Shown: positions 1 to 13,514, numbered from the whole stretch's first letter. The stretch is 63,958 nt of DNA, filler included, from Choristocarpus tenellus KU-1152 (GCA_964200185.2; 14 parts of 14 records of this genome joined end to end with filler, not necessarily neighbours in it); one strand, 5' to 3'. Notes: generated by a model not told the origin, from the letters alone. A program made the numbers and translations.

Positions 1-69
1 CAAAAATCGCGACATGAAAAAATGGGCCCCAAATGGACAGCCACCACCCCCTCCCATATACTTTGAGCC
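1..69 (+). mobile_element. MITE family B, right end (truncated by window start)
   Basis: aaaatcgcgacatg...ccccaaatggacagcc...atactttgagcc matches the full B copy at 58206-58390. Confidence 0.85.
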
Positions 70-98
70 CTTAACAAAATTAGTAAATTAGCGCATTC

Positions 99-745
99 AA
101 GCCAAAGTATCTTAGAGGCAAGAGCCACGTAAATTTGGGCGTCAAAATATGTTGCGATTTTGATGAAATCTTGGATATCGTGTTTGTTAGGAAGTAGTGC
201 CAATATCTATGTTTCGGACACACTTTTCACGACAAGTACATTTTACATACTCCGAAACATTTTCAGAGCCCGGTGATGTCATAAAAAAAAAACATGGGAA
301 GCCAAGCCCCACAATGGTACACATTTTACCTACTCTGAAACATACCAATGAGACGGAAAACATCATAAAAACATCCATCATGCGTTACAGGCGCCCCTCA
401 AAGCTCCAATCTATGGGCCTATAGATGATACTGATGTACGTATAGGACTCCTAATGCACAAGTCGTCAGGTATGCTGGATCTCTCACTTGAATTAACATC
501 AATATTATCATATAAAAAGGAACTGATCCATAATGTCTTATCACGATCGGGGACCATAATGACCAAATAATAAATAAATAATCAAGTAGTACAAATATAT
601 CAAATCTAGAACTTCAATGTCATNNNNNNNNNNAATGTCATAATGGTGTTATGAAACCGCCATCAAGACATATTGCCTGAAACACATGTGCCTAGCCCCA
701 CAAATGGACAGTGAAAAATTCGTTCCCTCCAAGATACTTTCACTC
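99..745 (+). mobile_element. MITE family A (Sola2-like), copy carrying a ~380-bp internal insertion
   Basis: Left end aagccaaagtatcttagag at 99, right end aagatactttcactc at 745, with 4-bp TSD attc on both sides. Confidence 0.85.
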
Positions 746-1770
746 ATTCTATACCACATTCATCTCGATCTGGTAGCAGAAGTCCGTTGCTACCGCCTTC
801 GCTACGAATATGGTCGCCTCATCGCGTCCCATCGCCTTTCCCTGAGGATGGACAGCCTCAGCAAAACATCGATGCGTCTCCGTTGGGACGATGGAGTGCC
901 CTAAAGCTCTCGGCAGGCAGGAAGGACCTATCACGCGTTCTTGAGCGAGAGACGTGGCTACCCGTTGCATCATGTGCGTATATGTGACAGTCCAACAATG
1001 TGGCAGTGAAGTGGGTTAGCCATGCGAAAAGGTTTTGTCATATATGGGTTATTCCGGTGTTGGTTAAAGATGTTGTGATGTACTGCAGCATGATCTTATA
1101 TTATTTGTTTGTGGAGGAATGGGGACATTACGACGTACCGACGATCACAGCAAAGACTTGGGGACTTGTGATTTCCAGCGGTGGTGTGGGTAACTGCACG
1201 CACAAAGTTGGCAACGTGTAAACATCTAGAAGGAAACATCACTGGTACAATTGCAAGCTCGAGAACTATCCGTAGGGTTGGTAGTACAAACAAGTTGGAA
1301 AGCAATGGAAAAAAAAGCCAGCACACCCTTCTTACCTTCCACTTGCCCTCCTCGTAGGCTTGGCCGAAGGACCTGTCCATCCTCTCCTTCACCTTGTCCT
1401 TTGACGCCGCATTGGACACGAACACCTCCACCGTACTGCTCTGTTCAAGGGCCGCCTCCACCACATTGTGCCTCTCCGTGCTGTAGGAGACGACGGTGTC
1501 CCCAGCATTTGTGTACCTATCGTGGGAGGGCAGTTCGTAAATTGGCCCTAACGTGGTATATTGTATTGTGCACGGATTCATCATTTCGCAGTGTATGAGT
1601 AACTTTCCGATACAGGGCAACACGCTCTTTGTGTCTTTCGACGCTTAATGTACCAATTCGGGAAACAAACTCGTGGTATGGATTGACGCCCCTGAACCAT
1701 CACCCAGCTTGTTCTGTTACTGTTTAATGATGTCCTACACCTACAAAAAAAAAATTGCTGCTTCTGTGAA

Positions 1771-2030
1771 GAGTGAAAGTATCTTAGAGGGTATGAGTTT
1801 TGCCCTGTTTGTCCATTTGGGGCTTGGCTTTCCTTGGGGTTTTTTATGACATGTTCCCTCTCCAAAATATTTTTGGAGTAGGTAAAATGCATACGTCATG
1901 AAACGGTGTGTCTGGAAAAAGGATATTGTCACTTCCTAACAAACACGATAGCCAAAATTACATCAAAATTGCAACATTGGATTTTGACCCCCAAATGGAC
2001 GCGGCTCTACCCTCTAAGATACTTTGGCTC
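1771..2030 (-). mobile_element. MITE family A (Sola2-like), full 260-bp copy
   Basis: TIRs GAGTGAAAGTATCTTAGAGGGTA / TACCCTCTAAGATACTTTGGCTC; TSD tgaa. Confidence 0.95.
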
Positions 2031-2429
2031 TGAAGAAGGATGTGTGTGATGTTATTAACGAACCTGTTAACGTTGAAGTTGAGGGTCCTCACGGGAATAT
2101 CCGAGGCAGCACCTTCGTATTCGACATCCATAATGGATTGGAGTACTACAGGAGATGTCGTCGACATTGACTTGCTTATTGCATGTGAACATTGTCCCAT
2201 TGTTGTGTGAGAGACAAATCATGTCCTGGTGACTTTTGAGATGGTTATCTGTGCCTAATTGGGGGTGCCCCCCCCACCTCGTCTTGAATATTAGCATTAG
2301 GGGATGATCCTCCAAAAACAAGCCCACCTTTGACGCAGTAAGAGTCTCTGAATGAAGAGAAGGCGGGAGGGAGCGCGTGGGTCTGGCATTCGTCAAACTT
2401 GACAGTGACGTTACACAAGTAGTCATGGT

Positions 2430-3002
2430 AGGGATTCATGAAATCTCGCACCACTGACATTAAAATAGTAAAATGAGTGTGGAACGCAAGGGAAATAACC
2501 AATGCAAAAATTGCAAGCAATAGGAGATTGGGTAATAACAGGAGTAAATATGGCAAAAAAGTGTGGTGGACATGAGTAACACCAATATGCGAGAGAATGG
2601 ACAATGAAATAAATAAGTACGTACTTGCTGTGGGGGAGAGAGCAAGCGACACAAATGGGAGAGGAAGGTATGAAGGACATTGAACAACATGGGAAAAGTA
2701 AAGAATATTGGAATATACAGGGATTCGTGGAATCTCGTGCCACTAACATTGTACTAGTACAATGAGTGTGGAACGCAAGGCAAATAATCAATGCAAAAAT
2801 TGCAAACAATAGGAGATAAAGTAATAATAGGAGAAAATATGGCAAAAAAATGTGGTGAACACGAGTAATGCCAGCATGCGCGAAAATGGACAATGAAAGA
2901 AGTACGTATTTGCCGGGGAGAGAGAGCAAGCGACACAAAAGGAGGTGGAAAGTATGAAGGACATGAAAGAACATGGGGAAAGTGAAAAATATAGGAATAC
3001 AC
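2430..3002. repeat. Diverged tandem duplication, two ~289-bp units (2430-2718, 2719-3002)
   Basis: agggattcatgaaatctcg...gagtgtggaacgcaagg...gaatattggaatatac is repeated with substitutions. Confidence 0.9.
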
Positions 3003-4129
3003 ATGACCTAATCCTCATCTACTGAACGGTCGCACAATAATCGATCGGCACAGGGACGGAATGATAACAGGCACAGTTGATTTCAATAGTCTCCTGCAAT
3101 ACACCCCTTATTTCAGCGCTGGCAAACTCTGCAACTCACCGTTGAGGCGGTGTAAATGCACGTTCCACGGGTGGGGCATAGTGAGCGCGATGGTGCCCTG
3201 AGGATGCATCTTACCCCGCAAGCATTGAAGCATCTCGTGCAGGTGTGTGTTGGTCGCCTCCCCGTCGATGAGGAGTCTTGGCCTGTGCACAATGGTCAAG
3301 TTCTACAGGATGAATTGCCTTCAGTATAGTGTTCAAACATGACAATAGCAGCCATAGCAGTCAAGGGAAGACTTACAGGTTGGAGATTCACGGTTGCTGT
3401 CAGCAAAACCAAAAAAAAATAATCGACAGGGAGCGGCATAAATCGCAGCACCTATTCAGACACGTTTATCCCTTCAAACTACGCTGCAATGGACACTATG
3501 GCGAGCTTTGGCGCGTTGCGGAAGGCGAAATCACCAAGTTTGTCTAGTGATATAGTGGGGTCAAGAGGGTGAAGGTCGTGTAGTGCAGTGTTCTCATTCC
3601 TGCTTGGACATCATGACACATGACACAGTAGAGAGACAGCACGACAAGAAGGACGGCATAGTAAGCTATGGTGCAGGCAATCTTTTCCTTAAGTGAGTTC
3701 CTGACAATATTATCACGGCATCTCCAAAAAATCAGGCCATACCCTCTACAACGCCAGTCTCATCAGACACATCTCGTGGAAGGAGGGTAGACGTCAAAAC
3801 ACCAAGTTCCATGTCCCATGGAACCCTCCAAAAAAGCGACACATCCAAGGTACAAAGGATGAGCAACCCACATGATATACAAGCAGCCACGACCTATGTG
3901 CAAAGCAATGCGAAAACAAACACACTGACACGACTCATGTGTCGGTATAGTGTGCAACAAAGCTGAGACCCACATGCACTTCTCCATGTCGGCCGTTTCG
4001 CTGTGTGAGGTGGGACGTAGTATACTTTGCGTCATGGGTGACCCGGCCCGCACTCCTTGCGCGAGCCTTACCCTTACCCTTGCCCCTGTCGTGACCCGCT
4101 GCTTCGTTCTCCACCGATCCAGACCCTTC

Positions 4130-4310
4130 ACTGCCCTCCTGTGCCATGGGGCAATTGATACATAATCGATCCTTGTCCCTTTCGTCGCCTACAATCTCTG
4201 CGTTGACACATTCGCCCATATGGGTGATTGAGCACCTTGAGCATGAATACCTGTCGCGCGTGTAATGGGAAGAAAGCATTAAACAGACAGGATAGTATTT
4301 TTCCAAATCA
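4130..4310 (-). pseudogene. Cys/His-rich, PHD-finger-like coding fragment, probably TE-associated
   Basis: ORF 3935-4432 contains CSRCSITHMGEC...LCINC, resembling the C-x2-C-x4-H-x2-C...C-x2-C half of a PHD finger. Confidence 0.35.
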
Positions 4311-4774
4311 TTAATTGGGCACAACAACGCAACGCGGGAATCCATGGTTACGAAGGACAACAAAATTGGCGGCGCAAGACAGTATAGGTGAGGTACAAAT
4401 GTCGGTGATGTACATGCATTATTAACACACAATCGTACTGTGGTAAATAAAAGACGTGGGGGTAGCTACCGCAGCGCTGCATACAGGGGGGTCCCGCAAC
4501 ATACCACCGGTTCAATGGTGTGCGCCGCTGAAAAGATACAACGTATCTATCCGTTCTGGGGATTGGATGGAAATCAATCTTATGCTATCAATTACATTCC
4601 GCCCTACAAGTGTACCGTTACAAGTATATTACCCACCGAGACGTAGGTGGAGGATTGCATTCAGCACAGCAAACGACCGTGTTCTACCCTCCATGGCCGT
4701 TTTGAAGTTCCTCCGCACCAGGAACACTGCCCACAGAACCCCCTTCATCCGCATCCTCCATGTCTGGGAATCCG

Positions 4775-4875
4775 TTCCCTCCGACGTCTTCGTCACCTCC
4801 TACGTCTTTGCCCCCTCCAACGTCTTGGTCGCTTCCTACGTCTTTGTCCCCTCCAACGTCTTCGTCCCCTCCCCC
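4775..4875. repeat. Degenerate 18-bp tandem repeat (ccctccaacgtctttgtc-like)
   Basis: About 5-6 visible units of cc(c/t)tcc(g/t/a)acgtctt(c/t/g)g. Confidence 0.7.
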
Positions 4876-5292
4876 GTCCTCTTTCTCACTGTCATTTGAT
4901 GCCGATCTGTTGTTGCTCTCAACTTCTGCGCCGCCGCCATCACAGCCCCACCCGCTGTGGACCTGGTGGAGGTTGACCCGGTAAAGTACATCCTGGTATT
5001 TACCATCCCAGGTGGTGAGGTAAGCGCGTAGAGACGAGTCCTTCTCGGTAATCTAGTAGTGGAGACGGCGGAGGACGTCGTTGAGGAGAGGAGGGGACGA
5101 TGGTGACGTAAAAAAATGGGAGAGTGTAATGGAAGTACGATAGCATGTCCATCGGGCAGAGCAAACGATATGGTTGACATGGTGAACGTGTTTAATGGAG
5201 GCGGCTTGCGGGGCGAAATAGTTTGAAATAAGTCAATGTCGAGGACGCCAATCATATACATTTTTTTTCAGTGACGCATATTGGAGGCAGAA

Positions 5293-5552
5293 GAGCCAAC
5301 ATATCTTAGAGGGTAGAGCCTCGTCCAGTTGGGGGTCAAAAGACAATGTTGTGATTTTGATGTACTTTTGGCTATCGTGTTTGTTAGGAAGTGTCTATAT
5401 CAATGTTTCGTAGACACCTTTCATAATGTACACATTTAACCTACTCCTAAACATTTTGGAGTCAGAAAATATCAAAAGAAAACACATGGGAAGCCAAGCC
5501 TCAAAAATCGACAAACACGGAAAAATTCGTACCCTCTAAGATAGTTGCACTC
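5293..5552 (+). mobile_element. MITE family A, full copy
   Basis: gagccaacatatcttagagggta...taccctctaagatagttgcactc; TSD agaa. Confidence 0.93.
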
Positions 5553-6950
5553 AGAAACGAGGTGGAGATTGACAAAGATCGTTTTCTACAGTGGAAGAAA
5601 ATAATTTGCTATTCCCGCTATTAGCAATGAAACACTAGAACTGACAAAACAGCAAGGTTTGTAGTATGGAAGGCAACCTTGTCGCCACAGAATCACGAAG
5701 ATCTACAACCAATCCTACCAAGCATCAACTATTTCTTACGGTACAAGCCATTTCAGCTGTAGTTTCGAACACGGGAGGCATACTCACGGCTCTGATCCGT
5801 TGCACAGGTTTCATTTCGACAACCGTGGAGATGTTTGGCCTCAGTTGGCGGACGTGCCCCGCCTGTTGGTCGCCAGATGAAACCTTCTGCAGAAGTTGGG
5901 CCACCTCCTTCGTCCTCTCCTCATAGTGGCGCTTGACCCAGAGCTCGTGCAGACCACATTTCTCGTATGCGAGCCTGTCCATTTCCCTGGTAGCCCGTAC
6001 ATCATTCACTAACGTCCGGAATTCAGGGCGATTTTGCAGCAATAAATAAGTGCGGTGCAGAAAAAGACGCTGATGGTGTATTTTACAATGCAGGGGCGCA
6101 TGGCAACATATGGGTGCGCAGGAGTTACAGAAAAGGAAAAAAAAAAAATACTCAACACCAACTGCACAATTTACCGACCTTTGGAGCTCTGATGTCCACT
6201 TCTCCTTGGGCACAATCTGCCTGGTGCACGAGATAAGCATCTCAGACATGTGCGCCTCCGATTCGATCTCCTTGTGGTCCCTCACTGTAGGAGGCTTCCC
6301 GTAGAACGACTTGTATCTGCTAAAATAGAATTTCCACAAAGGGCGTCAAGGAGAACGATGCGCAGGTTATGAAGAGGAAAGGGTCGCCACTGCAGCAAGT
6401 ATTCATCACTCAATTGTCGTACTTCCTAATCGACGAGAGCGCACATACACAGGCAACACACACTGTGGAATTACCGGAATACTATGAAGGGATTTTCGTT
6501 CGACACAACAATGGCCGACTAAATTCGTCAGCGGAGGAGACACTTATTTCATGCTCCTGTGCAATGTGCTGCGACCTGCATAAACTGTGCTTACTGCTGC
6601 CTACCCGATAAAACACGGTGGTGTTTTGACTGGCCTAGCAAGCAGTTGGATGCATAACCCCTGCTTGAGAGAAGTGAAGCTGGCGAAATCCCTCGGTCGT
6701 CAGATAGTTTAGTGAGATTGCATTGCGGTCAATCGTTGGCGACGAGGACTGACACACTTCCTTCAGTACCTGGAAGGACTCGGGTTGAAGGGGGTTTATG
6801 CCTTGCTTCTATTTTCGTAGGGTTGATTTCGACGGGGCAGTAACGCCCACCTTCGCAATGGGCAGAAAACGGAAAACATTTTGCACACAGCCAGCAAGGA
6901 TGAGGCATCGTTATTACCGCGCCAACTTTGTGTGTATGTGTGTGTGGGGG

Positions 6951-7050
6951 NNNNNNNNNNNNNNNNNNNNNNNNNNNNNNNNNNNNNNNNNNNNTTAATT
7001 AATTAANNNNNNNNNNNNNNNNNNNNNNNNNNNNNNNNNNNNNNNNNNNN
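6951..7050. other. Artificial contig linker (N44-TTAATTAATTAA-N44). The same linker occurs at 13679, 17908, 22768, 26778, 31923, 35927, 41899, 44723, 48653, 53872, 57477 and 61028
   Basis: The identical 100-bp spacer with stops in all six frames recurs 13 times, so adjacent segments are unrelated contigs. Confidence 0.98.
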
Positions 7051-7669
7051 AGGCAGGTATTTGCAGGCATAGCCTGATGGGAAGGATGCAATTGGATCGC
7101 TATAGGAAAGTCACATGCCAGCCTAGGCAGAAGATAGCTCACTTGATGCATCAAGGACACTCACGGAATTAGTGCCCGTCACTAGTTCCAATTAGGGCTG
7201 CATAAGTGTGCCTCTCAGTGGAGGAAAGAGTCGGCAAAATGTTAAAAACATGAAATAGCTCTACTCCGACACTTCCATGGTGAGTGTTGATAGTTCCAAG
7301 ACAAAATCGTTTGTTGTATATTTAGTTGCATACGTAACATGCTCTTTTGTTTGCATAACAGCACGGTAGTAGTGGTGCATGAATTTGTAAGGACAAGAAA
7401 GGATCAATAGTGATGAAATATTTCATAATCATCTGTAGAGCACAACGGAACTTGCTGAGGTCAAGAAGAAAGGAAATAGGGTCGAAAAGGAGATTATACT
7501 TGCACACAATTATACTATCATGGAGTAATCTAAGGATTACATTGAGGGGAAACAAAATCGTGACAAGAATCATTCAATGACATGTGAAGATGACCTTCAC
7601 GTTGATGCTTGTGTTTTGGACAACGACATATATTTTCTCCTTCAGAACTTCAACCACCTTCTCTTACTT

Positions 7670-7926
7670 GAGCCAAAGTATCGTAGAAGGTAGAGTCGCG
7701 ACCATTTCGGGGCCAAAATCCAATGTTGCGATTTAGATGTAATTTTGGCTATTGTGTTTGTTAGGGAGTCAATATCCTCGTTCCGGACACACCTTTTCAT
7801 AACATATACATTTTACCTACTCCGAAATAGTTTGGAGTAGGAAAATGTCATTAAAAAAAACATGGGAAGCTAAGCCCCAAATGGACAAACACGGCAAATC
7901 TCGTACCTTCTAAGATACTTTCACTC
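7670..7926 (+). mobile_element. MITE family A, full copy
   Basis: gagccaaagtatcgtagaaggta...taccttctaagatactttcactc; TSD actt. Confidence 0.93.
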
Positions 7927-10900
7927 ACTTGGAGCTTAACGACAGCTGACCCTCCAAGTACATCTACTGTGAAATGCTCGTGGACAGGTGTATCTCTTGT
8001 ACACTCCTTCTACACCATCATTGCCTTCATTGCCTCTCCTTTTGCTCAGGTAAAACTAGTATCCCACCAGTACGGTTCAGTACCCCCCTAACCTGTAGCT
8101 GTTCCTTCATTTCGAAATATTCAGTTGCTTGTGACAACACCTGCTGATCTAATGACTGTTTCATGTGAACTTTTGCTACTTCCTTTTTCTCCTTGATCTT
8201 GAGTGCACATTGGGAATGACTCTCAATAAGCAGCTGCCGGAAAGACTGTGCACTTTCGGCCTGGGAGCAAGTAGGAAGAAATTCAAACACCGTGGTAGTG
8301 ATAGATCAGGAATGAAAAGCCAAGGCAAGATGACGAGCAATTTCCCTCGGCACTCAAGGATATGGCAAAGCCTGGTTTGTATCCTACTGCACAGTGCAGA
8401 ACATCTACACCAGCAGGCACTGGGAACAAACTCACTGCCATCATCAGTTCTGCGTTTGTTTGCAGCGCTTCCTCAAGTTGGACCTGGCTAACAGGATAAG
8501 ATATTTGCCCAACGTCCACGTGGTGCCTAATGTGGTCAGTGTCTGTTCCAAGAGCAGCCCTGCCCTGTGTGTAGTTCGTACAGCATCAAAGCAAGGGGCA
8601 GGCGCCTTGGTGAGTTTAGCAAGTGAGGCATAATGGAAAGCCGCGGCATTCCTATTTGCACCAAATCCAGTGTTTCGAGCCCAGACAAGCTTCATATCTT
8701 CCACCTTCTTTCAACACTGTGTTGTTGTGGTAGGGATCTCCCATTGCTTAAGATTTCATTAGTTCTGTTGGGAAGTATATACTCTAACATTCAGTAGGGT
8801 GTGGGTTATCTTGAAGGAAGATCTTGGGAAACTCTAAATATTACTTCTTCTGGGGAGCTAAAGGGTGGACATCCCATTGCCATTTCCACTTGACTAGAAG
8901 GCTCGGGTGTCTATTCACTCACATTTGGGTACCATCTCTCCAACCTGCGAATGAAGATTACTCATTTGTATCTTTCAATCCTCTCCGAGCATAGAACAAG
9001 ATGGCATTGACACATGCGATAGACATCACGCATTAGGTAGCATACAATGGGATAATCTTGTTCCAGACATTGCTGTCAGCACTACTAAAACAGTATGTGC
9101 GAAAACAACACAACAGTACACTTGCAAATGCTTTCGGCACAACATAGATACACGGACCACATCATCATAGACAACGATAAGGGTTGCTCTAGATTCACTG
9201 TAGTATGTGGTATTTTTTTAGTACATATTTGTTGGGGGAAACATGCTTGACAAGGGAATTACTTGATCCATCCTATGTACTAAAACTACTTGCTACACAG
9301 CCCCATCTCCCACTTATGTCAGTCACCTCACTTTCTCTGCCTCTGCTGCATCTACAAGCCCCTTCCTCTCCATCTCCAACACTTGGACTTGCTCTTGGGC
9401 ATCGATTGTGCATATCTTGAGTTTGTTGTCAAGGTCTGCCGATCTCTCCTGTAGTTCATAGAGTACAAGGTCAAAAATAAGCAGGAACCAAAACCCCACA
9501 AGAAGAGAAAATGAAAAGGCAGTGGAATGATTAGTGCCTGCAACATGAATAAAACCCATTTCCCTTCAAAAGCCTCGCCTCAAGTTCCCTATGTACCACA
9601 GGTACACAGAACATGTGCCAATTCGACTCATTCATACCTGGGATTCTTATACCACCACCGATGTGTCTGCCAGGTGTGGAGCTAAGTACTACTTTGAACT
9701 ATCTCCTTCCAACACTTCAAATTGCAAATTGCTCACAGACAGTTTCCTCTCGTGTACGTTCTTTTATACCCTCATCTCAGCCTTCGTTTGCCTCTCTATT
9801 CCTTGGTCAATCCTCAGTCTCTCAACTGCCTTCCTAACGGAAGTGGTCAGTGGCCCTCTCACCTGCAAGTGACCCTTCAGCTCATTGATCTCATTAATGT
9901 GGAGCAACATCCGCTGATCTAGCACCACTTCCATCTCCATCTTGGCTGCTTCCCTAACTCCCTGGGCATCGTGTGCACTCTGAGAGTGACTATCCCGCAA
10001 GCATCTTCTGGTCTTGCATCATTGCACAGCCTCGGCCTGGTAGCTGAGGATTTCAGAGCATTACAAGAATTCTTTCATCAGAAATGATGAAATGTACCAA
10101 GACAAGACGCCAAGCAATCTCCCATGATACTCAAGGAGAAATAGCAACCTTGGTGTGTGATCTAGTATAGGAAACATATAGCAACAGACCCTTTGCAAAG
10201 CACCAGAGACATCGGCACCTTGGATGGCATATTGTATGGCAACTCACACAGGGCTGTTCATTACAAAGTTGTGGCCTATGTTGAGCAGCATGCCAAGGTC
10301 AAGCAGGTGTCTGACCCACTTATTGGCGAAAAAAATTGTATCATTAGTCAAGTGAAGAAAGCGAATGATGGTGCGATCATTTTGAAGAATGATACAAAGC
10401 TAGTCATGAGCAAGAAAAAATCCCCAACCACACTGGTCTCGTGCTCATCTCTTCCTCATGACTGCTTTGTACTTCTCCACAATGACCAGGTCAACATTCC
10501 CTTTCTCGACTTCACAGACAGGACCATTGCACTCAGCAACAAGCATGCAGAAGGCTTGCTTGACATTGGCCTACTGCCTAATGTAGATAGTATATATTGT
10601 CATAAGCAGCCCCATGTGATGTTTCGTATGGTGTACCAGCCGAGGTGCAGGTGTGTTGTTGAGTGCGGTGAGTATGTCACGGTAGAAAGTGGGACCACGG
10701 CACTCTATTCCAACGTGTACAACGTATGTTATGTGTTAAGTACAGGCAAAGTGTTCGAAACCTTACAGAAATGACCAAAGGTTGGCTGTACTTAATACAC
10801 AATATACGTTGTACACGTTGGTGTAGTACATGGGGGCTGGGAGAACCGAAGTGATGAGGAAATATCCCTGCCAACTTGCCTCTACTTTACTGGCGAATTT

Positions 10901-11499
10901 TGACAATGGAGTGATGCACTTCTTGGGCAAGAGGGCGATCATGTGTAAAAGAGATTCCCAAGGGCGTCAGATCACGAGTACTATAAAAAAGAGTTTTCTA
11001 CAGCACTATTACAAGTGGCTGCGCCTGGTTCAAAATGCCACAGATAGAAGACATGGGTATCCATGTACACAGTATATGAATTAGATAACACAGTCACAAA
11101 TTAATGACCCCCCAGAGATTTGAGAAGTGTCGAAGCCCAATACTGCAGAGAATAAGCCTACTCCTTGTGAAGGAAAAGGAGCTGAAGTACTGGCAGTGTG
11201 AGTTTCCCTAAGTATATATCGATACTGTCTTTGTACTTAAACCAGCGAACTGCGTGCATGAAGCTCAAGACATTATGGTACAAGACAGTTCATCAAGCAT
11301 GGTTGGCTCTAATACAAGAGTAATTCCATTTGCCTCGGAAGCTACATAAGAATAAAATGACAATAGTGCGCAGGGATAAACATCCGAGCCAAGGTGTGTG
11401 TGAGAGCTGCAGGACTTGATGAGTCGGTTACACTGAATATGACATGTTGCTCGCCTGGGTGCGTCCTGCCCAAATGGTTAGGGCAGGTTCTTCAGGTCA

Positions 11500-11900
11500 A
11501 ACTGATATGCACTCCCAGTGGGGCTCTGGAAGAATAGTCCATGTACCATTCATACCCTTCTGCTCGCAAGGTTTGCGGGGACCACAGAAGAGGTTGCCCA
11601 ACAATGATCGTATTACCTCTCTTATGCTCCGACTCTGTAAGCAGATGGTGAGAACACTTGGGTCAGGCAGAGTGAGTAATGGAGAGTAGATGGTGATCTA
11701 CCTTTTGTTTCATTTTTTGCAAAGAAGATATGGTGAAGATGGAACAGCACCAGACCACTAGTACCTCCCACTCACTGATGCACCTTCTCGAGAGTTCCCC
11801 TCTTGCTTTTCATGGTCACATCTGTCCTCAGTATGACCTGACCTGTTACATTCCTGCCCTAGGAATAGCGATAGAGACGATTGACTGTGTACACCTCAGA
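11500..11900 (-). pseudogene. Possible heavily decayed Copia gag/protease remnant
   Basis: Minus-strand translation gives ECNRSGHTEDRC (Zn-knuckle-like), then EWYMD (like the Copia protease WxxDSG motif), with many stops. Confidence 0.3.
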
Positions 11901-13514
11901 AAGTAGGAGGTATATAGGGTATGGATGATCTCCTCTTGCCAGTGGACAACTGGATCAAGAAGATTTTTAGGATTTGATTTAACATCTGGTATCCGCCCTC
12001 ATCCTATCTCACCACAGTGAAACCTCAAGGTACTCCACAGAAAAACACTTACAAGAGTATCGATTGCGACATCTACCAAAGAGTACCCAAAATCATCAGA
12101 TCTCATTGCCGAGAGGAATGATTAGGACACTATTAACGATGGATGTCCATTCCACTGAAGACCCCCTCCTTTTTGGAGTGACTGAGGGAATGCAATCTTA
12201 CCTTTGAGGTCAAGCCACCCTTCTTTGATACCACCACTGTAGTAGTGTTGACAACACCCCCCATGACAACTCCACTTGACATCTCCAGGGCTACCTGGTC
12301 ATCTTCATCCTTGTAATATGTGGTGGTGTTGGCCTGTAGAAGATGAGAGGTATATCAATAACAGGAAAATTAGTAAATCTTAGTAGATAGCCTGGGTTAG
12401 AGGGACAGATTCAAAATAATTATGTTACAGTGGGAGTTGACCTGAAAGGGAGAATGGTATTAGTAGATTAGATGCTGCACAAACTTTGATACTTGTTGCA
12501 CCTCTGTGGGTATTGTTGGAATTGGTGAATATGGAAAGTGACTAAAAAACCTCTAGACAGACATACTCTCAGTCCATTAGGGATCGGAATTTTGTTCTGT
12601 TCATGAGAGACGTTAGTATGAACATCGTACTTGTATGCATGTGTGGATCCTTCTCTTTTAGTAGCTTTGGGCTACACAAAAGGAGACTTTATCTCGCCCT
12701 CCTGAAGTCTCATCGAGTTGAGTTTCTGCTGGTATTGTTGTATTATCAACTATTCCCTTCTTGTCCATCTCAGCTATATGCCACAACACCACGATAGTAG
12801 AATTGTTTATGTTGCTGTCAATACCTTGAGGAAAGCAAGATAGGGTAAAAAAACCAAAACATCTTCAGTACTACTCTGTACTTTGACAGTACACCAACAT
12901 GTCTTCCTTTTTTCTAGGGGAAAAGTAAACGAGATATGGGCAATTCGACTGACCTGTCCATACGTAATCTATAACATACAGGAGTATAGCCACAAAAATC
13001 CTGAAGAGGTCCTCCCTTGGAATATTGTAAAATTCCTCACATTAATACGCCACCCTTACCATTTGCTCAGTTTTTGTTTCGACAGTAGAAATTATCTTTA
13101 GTATCACATCGATTTTAATGGAAATGGAGTGCACAAATTGGCCTACATGCCTTGCATATTATAAAACTAAGTTATTGCTGTTCAAGCTCTTGCTGAGAAC
13201 ATTGTAGTATTGTCGCTTCATCTGTTTCTATGTTAATATTGCTAAAGCAATAGTGTGGACTTCAACAATGTTTCCAAGAAAACTATGGTCCCAAGCATTT
13301 TCTCTGTCTTAGGTATTATGCAAATCCCTGATAAATATTTATAAATCTGTTTGCAAGAGAAGAAAATTGGTGTTAGATTGTGGACCTAATGACGGTTTTA
13401 GTGGAAGTTGTAAGTGGCAACGTATGTCAATTTTAGAACATAACTTCACGCTACTCGACTGTTTTTTATGATTTTTATACTCACATTAATTGTGCACTTT
13501 CCAGAGATTGACAT

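Noticed and set aside
2245-3018. Hydrophobic minus-strand ORFs as membrane proteins
   Set aside because: They arise from a purine-skewed tandem duplication, all frames give similar low-information peptides, and there is no splice or family support
6951-7050. Recurring TTAATTAATTAA palindrome as a biological motif or piggyBac TTAA site
   Set aside because: It is always centred in identical N padding, so it is an assembly linker. No synteny can be inferred across it.
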